From a virus, in IMG/VR virus record IMGVR_UViG_3300025015_000014, positions 68,787 through 132,786 of that record: a DNA stretch of 64,000 bases. The stretch is one strand, 5' to 3'. The first letter of the stretch is position 1. Every line of letters begins with the position of its first letter. Made by a program: the position numbers and the translations under genes. The notes beneath the pieces were generated by a model. It was given only the letters and a program-made list of their open reading frames with translations. It was not told the DNA's origin and made no database searches. Of this stretch, positions 1 through 10,202 are shown in pieces.

Positions 1-2038
1 AGATCTTTAATTCGACCCGCTTATCCCGAACATTGATGCGGGACACCTTGCCCACATCCCCGTTGAAGACCCCATACTTGTAGTTGTTCCGGATGATCAT
101 GATCCGGTCATTCTCCCGAATCAGATCTTCCCCCAACCGGATCTCCCCAGCCCCACTACCAGGATTCAAGAGTGCTCGCAGCCGGGCATTGAGGTTTGTC
201 ACCCCCACGGTTCCGGCATGGCGAGGGGAAAGAACCTGGAAAGTGATCGGGGTTGAACCTTTGTGGCGACTCTCGTACAGCTTGGACACGAGTTCCAGAA
301 TCCTATCCAGAGCGGTTTCGTCGCGGGCCACCCGGATAAGACCGAAGTCTGACTTCAGATCGGTCTTGGGTATTTGTCCTCGATAGATGTCATGGGCAGC
401 GAACACGATGTCCGAAGTGTCCTTCTGCCGGAAGATCTCAGTTAGGTTCACAACAGGGAACACCCCCGACCGAATCATGTCCCGCAAGACGTTGCCCGGC
501 CCCACAGATGGGAGTTGGGCTGCATCTCCCACCAAGACCAACCGGCACTGAGGAGATGTGCTGTAGAGCAGACGATACAGAAGATGTTGGTCCACCATGG
601 AGGCTTCATCTACCACGACCACTTCGGCAGGATGCGGATGCTCAGCACTGTAGCCCCAGAATTCATCCCCCTCGAAATCCACCGTGAGTCCTTCGGGGTC
701 ACTGCCTACAATGCCTGTGTATGTTGAATCACGAGAATCTTCAGAGGATCCCTGAGCCGCTAATGCCCGATGAATGGTTGAAGCAACGGCCCCGGTACGG
801 GCTGAAAGGTTCTTGGCTGCAATCCCCGTGGGGGCGCAGAGCAGGAACTTGACCCCGGCCTCCTGGAAAATACGAACGGCTGCCTGAAGGGACGTTGTTT
901 TTCCGGTACCCGGTAAACCGGTCAGAACTGAGACTGGCTCCCCAAGAGCATTAGCAATCCCCTGTTTCTGATCATCTGAGAGACTCAAATGGGCACTGGC
1001 CCCCCATTCATCAAGAGCAGTCTCAATCACGGTCAACAGTTTGACCCTGGCCTTTTTGGCCACCTCGGCTGTTCTGGGTCCAACTGAAGCCAATCGCTCG
1101 ATGTAGGGCTTGGCCGGGTTCTTCTTACTGTACCGGGCTTCCACCAGTCGTTGCATCAAAAGGTTGGCAGACTCTTGCTCTATTTTCAATGCCTTCGGGA
1201 GATAGATGGCCCGCACACCGGGAACAGTTTCCCGGTCCACTACGAGTTTCCCAGCCTTGTGCAACTCGGCGAGGGCGGCCCCAGTGGCCAGAGCCGAAAC
1301 ATCCCCGAGTAGTTTCTGAAGCATCCCGTGAATCTCACCCGACTTGGCATAGAGATGCCCCGAGGCCAGAATCCCTTGCAAGATATCCTGCACAGCCCCT
1401 TGAATCCGCCCCTCATGTTGGAGAGAGAGGCCAAGACGTACAGCCACAGCGTCAGCAGCCTGGAATGAGATTCCAGGTACAGCCACCAAAGCCCACGGAT
1501 TCTGACTCAGGATGGTCTCGGCACGATCCCCGAAAATGCTCCAGATCAACCGGATCTTGGCAGGAGGCAACCCGAGATCCCCTAGAAAAACCACCGAGCG
1601 GAAATAGGTTTGAATGACCTGCCACTTCTGATGCAGATAGCTGGCCGAGAAACCGTCCAAGACAGGAATCTGTGCCAGTTTGTCCGGGTCAGCCAAAGTA
1701 GCCAGGAAGTTCTCATCTCCGGTGGCCGCCCGGATCCCATCTACCAGGAAAGACCCGACACCATGAGCAACCAGGAGATTGGCCACGGTTTCCGGACCCC
1801 ACCCATCCTTGAACACAGGGGCTTTGCTGATCTGTATCTGCGAACCATACTTGAAATGAGTGGCCCAGTCCCCCTCGAAACCTAACCAGGAACCAATCTT
1901 CACGGGGTAGCCCGGAACATAACCCCGAATCGTTACAGGCTCTTCAAGAACCGAACCATCCAGACGAACCTTCAAGATGTAGAAAGACTCATCGGGGTTA
2001 TCGAACACGACGTTGATGACATGGCCAGAGAAATACAC
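1..2038 (-). CDS. recD2: RecD2-like SF1B helicase (3' end runs off the window)
   Basis: Translated by hand because the ORF track omits it. GTG start MYFSGHVINVVF, Walker A VLTGLPGTGKTT, APTGIAAK, IVDEASM, GDAAQLPSVGPG, EIFRQ, VFNGDVG. Confidence 0.9.
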   Translation of the reverse strand, partial: MYFSGHVINVVFDNPDESFYILKVRLDGSVLEEPVTIRGYVPGYPVKIGSWLGFEGDWATHFKYGSQIQISKAPVFKDGWGPETVANLLVAHGVGSFLVDGIRAATGDENFLATLADPDKLAQIPVLDGFSASYLHQKWQVIQTYFRSVVFLGDLGLPPAKIRLIWSIFGDRAETILSQNPWALVAVPGISFQAADAVAVRLGLSLQHEGRIQGAVQDILQGILASGHLYAKSGEIHGMLQKLLGDVSALATGAALAELHKAGKLVVDRETVPGVRAIYLPKALKIEQESANLLMQRLVEARYSKKNPAKPYIERLASVGPRTAEVAKKARVKLLTVIETALDEWGASAHLSLSDDQKQGIANALGEPVSVLTGLPGTGKTTSLQAAVRIFQEAGVKFLLCAPTGIAAKNLSARTGAVASTIHRALAAQGSSEDSRDSTYTGIVGSDPEGLTVDFEGDEFWGYSAEHPHPAEVVVVDEASMVDQHLLYRLLYSTSPQCRLVLVGDAAQLPSVGPGNVLRDMIRSGVFPVVNLTEIFRQKDTSDIVFAAHDIYRGQIPKTDLKSDFGLIRVARDETALDRILELVSKLYESRHKGSTPITFQVLSPRHAGTVGVTNLNARLRALLNPGSGAGEIRLGEDLIRENDRIMIIRNNYKYGVFNGDVGKVSRINVRDKRVELKI

Positions 2039-2039
2039 G

Positions 2040-2549
2040 TCAGTCCTCAGACTTCAGGAACCCTCGGAGGTTGGCAATGCAACGCTTCAGATCCTCTACC
2101 TGATCCCCCAACTCCAGAAGTCGAGAGAGATCAGGATCTGTAGAACCCCCCACGGGAGGTTCCATGTCTGAGACCAAAACCATTCGAGCCGCATGACCAA
2201 TCAACGAGGTCATTGACAGGGTTTCAGTCTTTTCAGCCGCCTGAACCTGCCACCCCTCTGGTACCCGAGTCAAGACCCCAATCCCAGAGAAACAAAACAG
2301 GTAGGCTGGATTCAAATGGTGACCTGCGGGACAGTCAGCAGGTTGCCATCGGCAACAACCACCACCCCAACGGGTGTGCTCAATGGGGGTCGGCGGCTGA
2401 TGGTGCGCTACCAGGCGAACCCGTTGCCCCTCAAAAGGAGCCAGCATCTCGACCAAGTTACTTGGGGAACCGGAAACCCCCTGAACACAAACCTGGCCAC
2501 TGGCCTGATAAAACAGACCCTCTAGTAAGATTGAACGAAAGGGGTCCAT
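2040..2549 (-). CDS. hypothetical protein
   Basis: 169-aa ORF packed between nrdJ and recD2 on the same strand. Confidence 0.7.
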   Translation of the reverse strand: MDPFRSILLEGLFYQASGQVCVQGVSGSPSNLVEMLAPFEGQRVRLVAHHQPPTPIEHTRWGGGCCRWQPADCPAGHHLNPAYLFCFSGIGVLTRVPEGWQVQAAEKTETLSMTSLIGHAARMVLVSDMEPPVGGSTDPDLSRLLELGDQVEDLKRCIANLRGFLKSED

Positions 2550-2570
2550 GTCTCTCCAACACCCTCTGTA

Positions 2571-5411
2571 CTACCCGATCAAGCACTTGTCTCCGCTACA
2601 TAGGTTGTCATCAACATCGTGGCTGGACTCGGTAAGAGCCATGGGCGTGATTCGTGCCATCATGTCCTTGTAGACAACTTCGTCAATCTGTAGATAGGGC
2701 GGGTAAAGGTACGATTTTCCCTCCCCCTCCTTGGCAGGCAACATGGAGACCCCCTTGAGGCGGTCCTCAAAGGTCTCCAGGCAAGTTCGTAGATCTTGGG
2801 TCTCCTCAGGACGGAAGGTGACCGTAACGCTCACCTGATTATCGGCCCACCGTCTTTGCATATCCACGGCATTGACGAACTGCTCCCAAACCGTCACCTC
2901 CCCCTTGCCCTTGATGTAGTGCTCCTCCTTGATGGGGAAACCCACCACGGACGTGTCCGGAGCATATGGATCCTCATAGACTGGATGCCCTGCCTTTCGA
3001 GCCAGGTCCACCAGGGCAGACGTGTTGGCCACCCGCACATGTCGAATGTAGTAGGGGGCATGAGGATAGTGAATACCGGGGGTGGCTCCCATCAACAGGG
3101 AAACGGTCCCAGAAGGTTTCACCGTGCTCATCTTGATTGACAAAGGAATCCCAAGCCAATCCGAGTAGACCCGGTCCAGCCGTTGAAGATACCCGTAGCC
3201 CTGATCACACCATTGGAAAAACTGTCGCCGACCGAGCTTGACCATGGCCTGAATAATCCCCGACATGGAACACCCGATCCGTCGGTTCCGGGTCATCACC
3301 GCATTGGCCCGCATGTCATGAGTAGGCACCAGGGTCACAGTCTTGGCATAGAGATACGCCATCTTCAGGGTTCGCTCGAAATCCTCATAGCTATCGTGAC
3401 GGGCAGGATAGGTTTCAGTAAGATTACAACTCTCATAGGACTCAAGTGACATTTCTCCGCAAGGGTTGGTACCCATCACTCGCCAATCCTTGTTGTCTCC
3501 CGGCCCCTGCATCCGAGAGAACTTGCGGGCATTCTCAATCCAGAACACCCCAGGCTCCCCATTGACAGACACAGCATCTACCAATGGCCGGTAATCCATC
3601 CCGGCATACCCAAAGATGCTGTTGTTACTAGCCCAGCGTCTGTCGGCCAAAGCCTTCTTGTCCTGCTTGAGCTTCAGAAACTCCTGGTCAGTAGACTCCC
3701 CGAACATGATTTCTGAAGACCTGCGGATTCCCCCGGCAACAATACACTTGCCGATATAGTTGAAAAGGTCCACAATCTGAGTGGATGTGATCTTCGCAGG
3801 CTCCCCCTCCCCGGTGAAACGAACGCTTGCTTTATCAATGGTCCCTTTCTCCTGGTCTGCCGCGACCTCGAAACGAACCTTCACCCCATCAGGCAACAGA
3901 ACCCTGGTAATCCCGGCAACCATGTCTTGAAGCGGCCCTGGACCGGAAGCCGTGCCCCCAAAGGTCTTGAGAGGTATCCCACGACCCCGGACCTTGGAGT
4001 AGTCGATGATCGAAGGATAGGCCCCCTTCCCAACAAAGGAGTTGAGCACGATCCGTAACAGATCCACCCACCCTTCTCGGCTGTCTGCTACCACATGGGG
4101 TTCCGAAATAGTCTTGGGGGCCTGAACCTTGACCTTGCCTGCCCCCCTAGTGTCCCCCCCGACTCCGACTCCCAACATGCTCATGTCCATCAGGAAACAG
4201 AAGGGGGCCGCGAAATCCTCAGCCAGACCTTCGGAGGACACATACGCGCAATTCTGAAGGCTGGCACTTCCCCGTTCATACACGAGATCCGTGCCCATCA
4301 TCCAAAGCCCACGACCCGGAGGAGTCCACTTGAACTCGAACAGTCTGGCAAACATCTCCTGGGCTGATTTTTGCGCCTTGGGTTCATTCCAGGGCAAACC
4401 CATCTGACGGCAATGAATCTTCTGGATGTTGAAACAACCCTCAACGACCCGTTGACAGGTCTCCCACCAATCTTCGGAAAGACCGTCGGGCTTGAGCCTG
4501 CTGTACGTGTTATGACTAGCAAAACCCCCAGTGAAATGGGTTCCCACACTGGTACTAAGTACAGCCACCCTGCGGAGACCTGCGGGTGAGACACGAACCA
4601 CCCGCACATAATTCTTTGGCGCACACCGGAGAAGCCCCCCTCCATACTCTCTCAGGTGCTGACGAAAGCGTTCCAGAAGACGGGGAGGTTGAAGGATCCC
4701 CAACAAACGAAACAGGTTCTCCCGCCCCCATGTGCTCAGAGCATAGACCTGTTGCCGTCCCTCGATCTTCATCCTTTCTGATTTCCGGTACGGAAACCCA
4801 CGAGAAAAGAGGAACTTCTCCACCTGTCTCAACATCGGGTTGTCCACCTGGACGAAATTCACACCGTTTCGACGGTCCAGGCATCCTTCCCCATCATAAG
4901 CAGCCGATAAAAAACCCCCTTCGTAGGTAGCATCCTTCTCCCAAACCGGACCAAAAGGGCGCAGTAAATGTACTGAGTTACCTCTGTCTGTCACCCCCAG
5001 ATCCTCGGTTTGCCTCCAATGTAAACGGTTCTCAGTAGTCCCAAATCGCACGAGCCACGGATGATCGGGAGTGGCATAAAGCAGCGTACCGTCCTCCAAC
5101 TCCACCACATAAGTCTCCGCTTCCTCTGTTTCATTATGTAGAACCTCCCCCCACCGGATACCCCGAAACATCTCTTCAGCCTCTTCATCAAACCCTACAA
5201 TGCCCTGTCCTACCTGCAAGTCCCCGGCGGGCCTCCAAAGAAGATCATCACAAAGGATGGGGGTCTCCACCCCTACGCAACGCTTGAACGTGAACAGACC
5301 CAGCCCCGCGTAACCCCAAGCCGGAGGCTGGTTTTGAAACGGCTCCAGAAAAGCCGCACTCAGCGAGAAAACGCGAACTTTACGATCATCGGAAACTTGA
5401 CCGAAGATCAT
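2571..5411 (-). CDS. nrdJ: class II (B12-dependent) monomeric-type ribonucleotide reductase with intein
   Basis: Motifs PPGRGLW, LQNC, GGIRRSSE, TNPCGE, RNRRIGCS, TVKPSGTVSLL and C-terminal CSGDKC. Confidence 0.93.
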   Translation of the reverse strand: MIFGQVSDDRKVRVFSLSAAFLEPFQNQPPAWGYAGLGLFTFKRCVGVETPILCDDLLWRPAGDLQVGQGIVGFDEEAEEMFRGIRWGEVLHNETEEAETYVVELEDGTLLYATPDHPWLVRFGTTENRLHWRQTEDLGVTDRGNSVHLLRPFGPVWEKDATYEGGFLSAAYDGEGCLDRRNGVNFVQVDNPMLRQVEKFLFSRGFPYRKSERMKIEGRQQVYALSTWGRENLFRLLGILQPPRLLERFRQHLREYGGGLLRCAPKNYVRVVRVSPAGLRRVAVLSTSVGTHFTGGFASHNTYSRLKPDGLSEDWWETCQRVVEGCFNIQKIHCRQMGLPWNEPKAQKSAQEMFARLFEFKWTPPGRGLWMMGTDLVYERGSASLQNCAYVSSEGLAEDFAAPFCFLMDMSMLGVGVGGDTRGAGKVKVQAPKTISEPHVVADSREGWVDLLRIVLNSFVGKGAYPSIIDYSKVRGRGIPLKTFGGTASGPGPLQDMVAGITRVLLPDGVKVRFEVAADQEKGTIDKASVRFTGEGEPAKITSTQIVDLFNYIGKCIVAGGIRRSSEIMFGESTDQEFLKLKQDKKALADRRWASNNSIFGYAGMDYRPLVDAVSVNGEPGVFWIENARKFSRMQGPGDNKDWRVMGTNPCGEMSLESYESCNLTETYPARHDSYEDFERTLKMAYLYAKTVTLVPTHDMRANAVMTRNRRIGCSMSGIIQAMVKLGRRQFFQWCDQGYGYLQRLDRVYSDWLGIPLSIKMSTVKPSGTVSLLMGATPGIHYPHAPYYIRHVRVANTSALVDLARKAGHPVYEDPYAPDTSVVGFPIKEEHYIKGKGEVTVWEQFVNAVDMQRRWADNQVSVTVTFRPEETQDLRTCLETFEDRLKGVSMLPAKEGEGKSYLYPPYLQIDEVVYKDMMARITPMALTESSHDVDDNLCSGDKCLIG
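4509..5279 (-). mobile_element. intein (257 aa) with LAGLIDADG-like endonuclease
   Basis: Begins FKR/CVGVETPILC and ends GFASHN/TYSR (Thr +1); GFLSAAYDGEG motif. Removing it restores FKRTYSR. Confidence 0.9.
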
Positions 5412-5461
5412 GCTACCCCTTCCGTTCTTGCCATCAGTTGGCTTCCCCTGAGTTCAGGCCA

Positions 5462-6451
5462 TCAACCAGCTATTGCCCTCGTACCAGCACACAACCCCAG
5501 CAACCTAGCCGACAGAACTGCCCAGGGGTCTAGTATTCCTGTGACGACATTCCGTTGGGCTTCCGCAAGAGCACGGAGTATCTGAACAAGCTCTGGCTTG
5601 CTCCACCGACCCATTCGTTCAATGACCTCTTTCTTGTACCGGAAACCGTGAAACCCCATCTGTGCCGCAGCCTGTTCATGGGGCACACCTTTCTCTTGAA
5701 GATCCCGACCTACCAACCACCGTACCACCGGAGGCATAACCCAGCCTACTAGCTCCATCACCGGGACTTCCTTTCGGGTTTCACGAACCCGCCGCAACAT
5801 CAACGCAAGTCGCTTTGTGTCCTTGGCAGACAAGGCATCCACAATCCGTATCATGCTGGTTTCGGCAAGGGGTGCTCGACCTTGAACGAGATGGTTCTCC
5901 GTGATGGTGGTCACCTTGTCTATGTCTGCCAACATGGATAGCTTCTGAAGCTCAAAGGACAAAACCCCCAGGTCTGGCCCGGAGAGCACAACCAAGCTCT
6001 GGGCCAAGCCCGCACTGAGAGTCTTGTTCTTTGCCTTGGCCTCGGCGATACAGAACTCGATGGCCTCCTTCTCAACGTCCCAGGGCTTGGGTTCAGGAAA
6101 GGTCCGATGCAGAGTCTTGCCTAGACTGGCTGCGAAGGTCCAGAAAGCCCCTTTCCCAGGGTCTCCCGAACAATGCAGAAGTAACGTGATACCAGCCCAG
6201 GGTGCTTTAGCCGTCTCCTTCAGGAAAGCTAGGGACAGATTCTCTGGTTTGCTGATTATCACCAAACGACTCGGGGCACTGCCTAACGGGTCAGGCATCA
6301 AGGCTTCTTCCAGTTCCCCCTTGTTGTCACCCGTGACCCATAAGACATCCCAACCAAGACGAACTTGGTTCTGAGTCACGGTCTGAATGAACCGGCGAAC
6401 TCGAAAATCATCGGACCCCGAGACGGCCATAACCGGGAACAACTTACTCAT
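5462..6451 (-). CDS. holA: DNA polymerase III delta (HolA)-like clamp-loader subunit
   Basis: LVVLSGPDLGVLSFELQKL motif; size and neighbourhood fit; start adjusted to MSKLF. Confidence 0.7.
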   Translation of the reverse strand: MSKLFPVMAVSGSDDFRVRRFIQTVTQNQVRLGWDVLWVTGDNKGELEEALMPDPLGSAPSRLVIISKPENLSLAFLKETAKAPWAGITLLLHCSGDPGKGAFWTFAASLGKTLHRTFPEPKPWDVEKEAIEFCIAEAKAKNKTLSAGLAQSLVVLSGPDLGVLSFELQKLSMLADIDKVTTITENHLVQGRAPLAETSMIRIVDALSAKDTKRLALMLRRVRETRKEVPVMELVGWVMPPVVRWLVGRDLQEKGVPHEQAAAQMGFHGFRYKKEVIERMGRWSKPELVQILRALAEAQRNVVTGILDPWAVLSARLLGLCAGTRAIAG

Positions 6452-7095
6452 CCGACCATCCCATCTAACAGAGCACTCACCAAGCCCACCCGAGTTGGCT
6501 GTTTCTGACGGGTCAAGACCCGTAGACTGTCCCACATCTTTCGTCTGGCCGGATGCTGAAGGTCAGAGGCCAAAGTTACGATTATGGCCTGAATCAAGGC
6601 ATCCACCTTCTCTCCCTTGGTCTGTTTCTCGATCAGTCGAATCAAAACAGACAAGTCCCCTGTCAACACCCCCTCCAACAAGTCCCAGGCCAAGGAGGTC
6701 GTAGCCCCATCCTCCTCAACAGTGGCCGGAGCCGAACACCAATGTTCAAGACATCGAGAGCGAAGCACCCCCCAAACGTCTTCTAACTCATGTGCCCACA
6801 GAACCGGGAGAGTCACCCCGGAAGGAAATTCCTCGATGGTCTTGAGTAACGCATCCACGGCATCCGGAGTGGCCCTGTCCATAGGACCGAGAACCACCAC
6901 CCCGATCTTTTCCCCGACAGGCGGGCTGAACAGCAACTCCGTGGCTTCGCGGGCCTCGGCAACCTTCAGCCCATCATCCCCAAAGGGCGGAGCCACCAGG
7001 CGTCCGTTCACTTGCCGGACATGGGCCAGACAGGCTGTTCTAGCCCCCGGTCCATGAAACAAGACACAAGAGGCTGACATGACGACAGACATCAC
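6448..7095 (-). CDS. DNA polymerase III delta-prime (HolB)-like clamp-loader subunit
   Basis: MDRATPDAVDALLKTIEE and the LRSRC (SRC) motif; degenerate Walker A. Confidence 0.7.
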   Translation of the reverse strand: MMSVVMSASCVLFHGPGARTACLAHVRQVNGRLVAPPFGDDGLKVAEAREATELLFSPPVGEKIGVVVLGPMDRATPDAVDALLKTIEEFPSGVTLPVLWAHELEDVWGVLRSRCLEHWCSAPATVEEDGATTSLAWDLLEGVLTGDLSVLIRLIEKQTKGEKVDALIQAIIVTLASDLQHPARRKMWDSLRVLTRQKQPTRVGLVSALLDGMVG

Positions 7096-7115
7096 TCACT
7101 GCTACCCGATGGGAG

Positions 7116-7325
7116 CTACTGGGAAACGTGAAAGGATTTGCCGCAGGTCAGACACTTGTAGCGGATGAACCGACCCCCCTGAATTGGGGTGAAACTACCC
7201 CCCGGACCCGTCGCCTGACGAGAATGAACATTCACGATCTCGGCATGAGTGCCCCCACAGCCTGCGGTTGCCCGACAGGCGATCCAAACTTTGGTACCCT
7301 TCGACGGAGGAGTTGTATTGCCCAT
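7116..7325 (-). CDS. small Zn-ribbon protein
   Basis: CxxxxxC...CxxC pattern. Confidence 0.6.
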   Translation of the reverse strand: MGNTTPPSKGTKVWIACRATAGCGGTHAEIVNVHSRQATGPGGSFTPIQGGRFIRYKCLTCGKSFHVSQ

Positions 7326-7351
7326 TGGTGTACCCTTTCAAGTTGCCCGAA

Positions 7352-7927
7352 CTACTCTACCACCGGGTAGGTCAACTTCAGATGCCCCTCAGGCCAATTC
7401 AATTCAGGGTCCACCACCGGGAAATCAGGATCCCCGCGAACCGGGAGCACCACCGGCTCACCCGGTACCGGAAGCGGAGATACCCCCTCCGTAGGTATTG
7501 TGCTTCCATCAGGAGCCATCCAGGTAGGTACATAGCCCTGTTTCTGACACTGCTCCCATAAGGCTATCCGAATCTGATCCAGCACATCGGCCACACCTCC
7601 CCGATCCTGTTCCCCAGCCAGCCAACCATTCCGAAAATCCAGGGCCTCAACCACCGAGGCATTCCGTAAACTGGGAGTCGTTTGGGTGATCGGTCCATAT
7701 TGACCAGCTTGAAGAATCGGAACCACGACCTTCTGCCAGAAATGCCAGCGAACCTGGAAGGGAAACAAACAGGCATCCCCATCCTGAATAGGCGGCTTGA
7801 TCAGACTCACCACGACATCATGAGAAGGAGCCGCCGATGTGGATCCGGGAAAATCCACCATCGCTCTCCCCGTCAGGATGTTGAGACAACCAATAGCTAG
7901 TTGTTGAAGATCCGTCTCCCGACCCAT
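7352..7927 (-). CDS. hypothetical protein
   Basis: 191-aa ORF with a GGGGGAG SD. Confidence 0.65.
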   Translation of the reverse strand: MGRETDLQQLAIGCLNILTGRAMVDFPGSTSAAPSHDVVVSLIKPPIQDGDACLFPFQVRWHFWQKVVVPILQAGQYGPITQTTPSLRNASVVEALDFRNGWLAGEQDRGGVADVLDQIRIALWEQCQKQGYVPTWMAPDGSTIPTEGVSPLPVPGEPVVLPVRGDPDFPVVDPELNWPEGHLKLTYPVVE

Positions 7928-8053
7928 GATGACTCCCCCTTGAAGGCCCGTCCAAGCAGATCCTCCATCAAGATCCCGAGAATAACCCCCCCACCGAACC
8001 AGGAGCCACTAAACTAGAAGCCCCGATAGTTACGTTTCGCGTAACTCTAAAGG

Positions 8054-8145
8054 CCCAAACACCAAACAATGACCCTGATAGTTTGGTTTCACGACATCCT
8101 AATGCCCCAAACTCGAAACAATGACCCCGATAGTTTGGTTCCACG
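8054..8145. repeat. two ~40-bp direct repeats at 52-bp period (iteron-like)
   Basis: aaacaatgaccc(t/c)gatagtttggtt(t/c)cacg at 8064 and 8116, each preceded by cccaaac. Confidence 0.75.
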
Positions 8146-8846
8146 GTAGTTTGGATTGTGTCAAGGATCTGGAGATAAACTTCGGAGGCCCCCCATCTAA
8201 AAAGCGGGGGTTCTCTCTCCTGAGTCCCGATCCCTAGTAAGGCCATCTACAGCCGTATAGGTACAGGAATCAGTTCAAGAGGAGCAAGAGAAAGCACGAT
8301 CAGAATCATAACCATAACCATTTAGACGGGAGACCTGCGGTCTCCCTTCCCTTGATCTCCTAATGGGGAGATGGACCAAAGGGAAGGAAGAGGAGGATGG
8401 TACTGCCATCCAGCCAACCAGAGATCCCAGTGGGCAGTCTTTACCAGGGATGATCCCCATCCCTGTAGAGTCCCACCTGGTCCTCGTCCCAGGATCTCCT
8501 GATGGGAAGATCCTGGGACAGGGGAGCACCGTAGAGTTGTCTTTTACAAGAACCCGAGGGGAGGGGATCTCCCGCTGGGTCAGGTGTCTCGATATTCCTA
8601 TCGGGATATCGAGACCAGGGATCCGGTTCTGAGGGCGCACACGTAACTCAACGGTTTCCCTCCCTGGTTTCCCAGGTGCCAGTCTCCAGGATTCCTTTGA
8701 TCCATGGATCCTGTGCCCAATCGAGACGGCCAAATGGGTGCCTTGCATCCCCAAATAGCACACATTCTGATTGGCGGTACTGGCAAACGGATTGGTCATC
8801 CGGAACCTCGATCCCAGAGGGATCTACCCCCTCGATCAGAGGTTTG

Positions 8847-9956
8847 TCAAGAAAAAGATCGAGGGACTTGGGGAACATCCTCCAGGTATCTGGAAGCAAC
8901 TCGGGAAATCAAGCTAGCACGGACCCTGGGGGCGAGCAGATCCTCAATGTTGGGCTTCTCCAGGAGCCAGGGAACACCCTCCTGTTGGTATCTGTTCTCT
9001 AGTTTCCGAAGAAGAGCCTTGTTGGCCCACAGATCTCCAAAGAAACGCTTCCAGGCGGGTCTCCAGAATAAGGCCGAATAGTTCCTCTGACCGTAGCCTT
9101 CAGTTGTTGGGGTGTCCCCGAGATTTCGGCCCACCTCGGATAGACTTGGGATTCGAACCTCTTCTTCCAGAGTGTCCAACCAGACATCCATGAATCGTTG
9201 TTCCTTGGAATTGGCCCAGGATTGGCGCATGAACTGACGGATCTCCTTGCCCAGGGGGTCAGTGAAATCACGGAACAGGATCTTGATAAGGAGGTCACCC
9301 GCATCCTGTGTGTCTGACCGTGACACATCGCGGGTATGTGTGCCCCGACCCTCTTCGGTTTCCTGTTCTATGGAGAGATCCTGTGCTTGATCACGAGCCT
9401 CAGTAAGAACCCGTCGCTTCAGGAGCTTCTGAAGTGGTCCTTTGGCCACCGTCGCAGGAGTCTCATCGCCATTCTGAATGCGAACAGCGAGGTATCGGCC
9501 AACCTCATAGGCCGGTCGCAGGATCCTTCGCGGGATCGTCGTGGCACTCGTGGATAGCCCCATGAGAGCCGTGTTTAGGATGTCATCGGGGGTAGAAGCT
9601 ACCCCCGTAGTCTTGACTAACTGATTGAGAGCCGCTTTCAGACCTTGATACATGCCGGTGTTGCCAGGTTCCAACCAACCGGGGGCCAGGGTATCCCCCT
9701 GGAATTTGTCGATGACATAGGGGAGGGCTTGTTTCCCCTTGCCCCACCAAGTATCCACAGGAACTCCGGCGGCTCCTTCAAGAATTTGAAGTCGGAAGAA
9801 CAGGTCGTAGGCTGCATCCATGTAGGCAAGGAGCCATCGACTGGCTACACGATGGCTCCTTTTCTGTTGGGGAGTGGCCAAGTCCCGACTCAATAGTCGG
9901 CAGGCCAGCCGAAGCAACTGCGGGGATTGCATTACTCGGAGCCTTAGGTCGGTCAT
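8847..9956 (-). CDS. hypothetical protein (RVASR[W/Y]L motif at both ends)
   Basis: 369-aa ORF. Confidence 0.75.
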   Translation of the reverse strand: MTDLRLRVMQSPQLLRLACRLLSRDLATPQQKRSHRVASRWLLAYMDAAYDLFFRLQILEGAAGVPVDTWWGKGKQALPYVIDKFQGDTLAPGWLEPGNTGMYQGLKAALNQLVKTTGVASTPDDILNTALMGLSTSATTIPRRILRPAYEVGRYLAVRIQNGDETPATVAKGPLQKLLKRRVLTEARDQAQDLSIEQETEEGRGTHTRDVSRSDTQDAGDLLIKILFRDFTDPLGKEIRQFMRQSWANSKEQRFMDVWLDTLEEEVRIPSLSEVGRNLGDTPTTEGYGQRNYSALFWRPAWKRFFGDLWANKALLRKLENRYQQEGVPWLLEKPNIEDLLAPRVRASLISRVASRYLEDVPQVPRSFS

Positions 9957-10040
9957 TGTTCAAAGTCCTTCCGCTCTCCCCCCGGGGGGAGAGATTTACA
10001 GCTTGGTTTTTATAGCCTGTCTATCGACTCACGAAAGTTC

Positions 10041-10069
10041 TTGACACGATGGGCATGAGGGCTTAGACA
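10041..10069 (+). promoter_or_regulatory. sigma70-like promoter
   Basis: TTGACA-17-TAGACA; shares the aaagttcttgacac context with the 24479 promoter. Confidence 0.45.
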
Positions 10070-10202
10070 CGGGGAGACTGACGTGTTTGGTTTCACGTCA
10101 GTCAACGCTCACCCGACCCGCTTTCAGAAGCATTGTCCGGGTGGGCAAACAAGAACCGTGGCACCGCCCCCTTCGGGAGGCTCTGCCCAGGAGGATCCTC
10201 AA

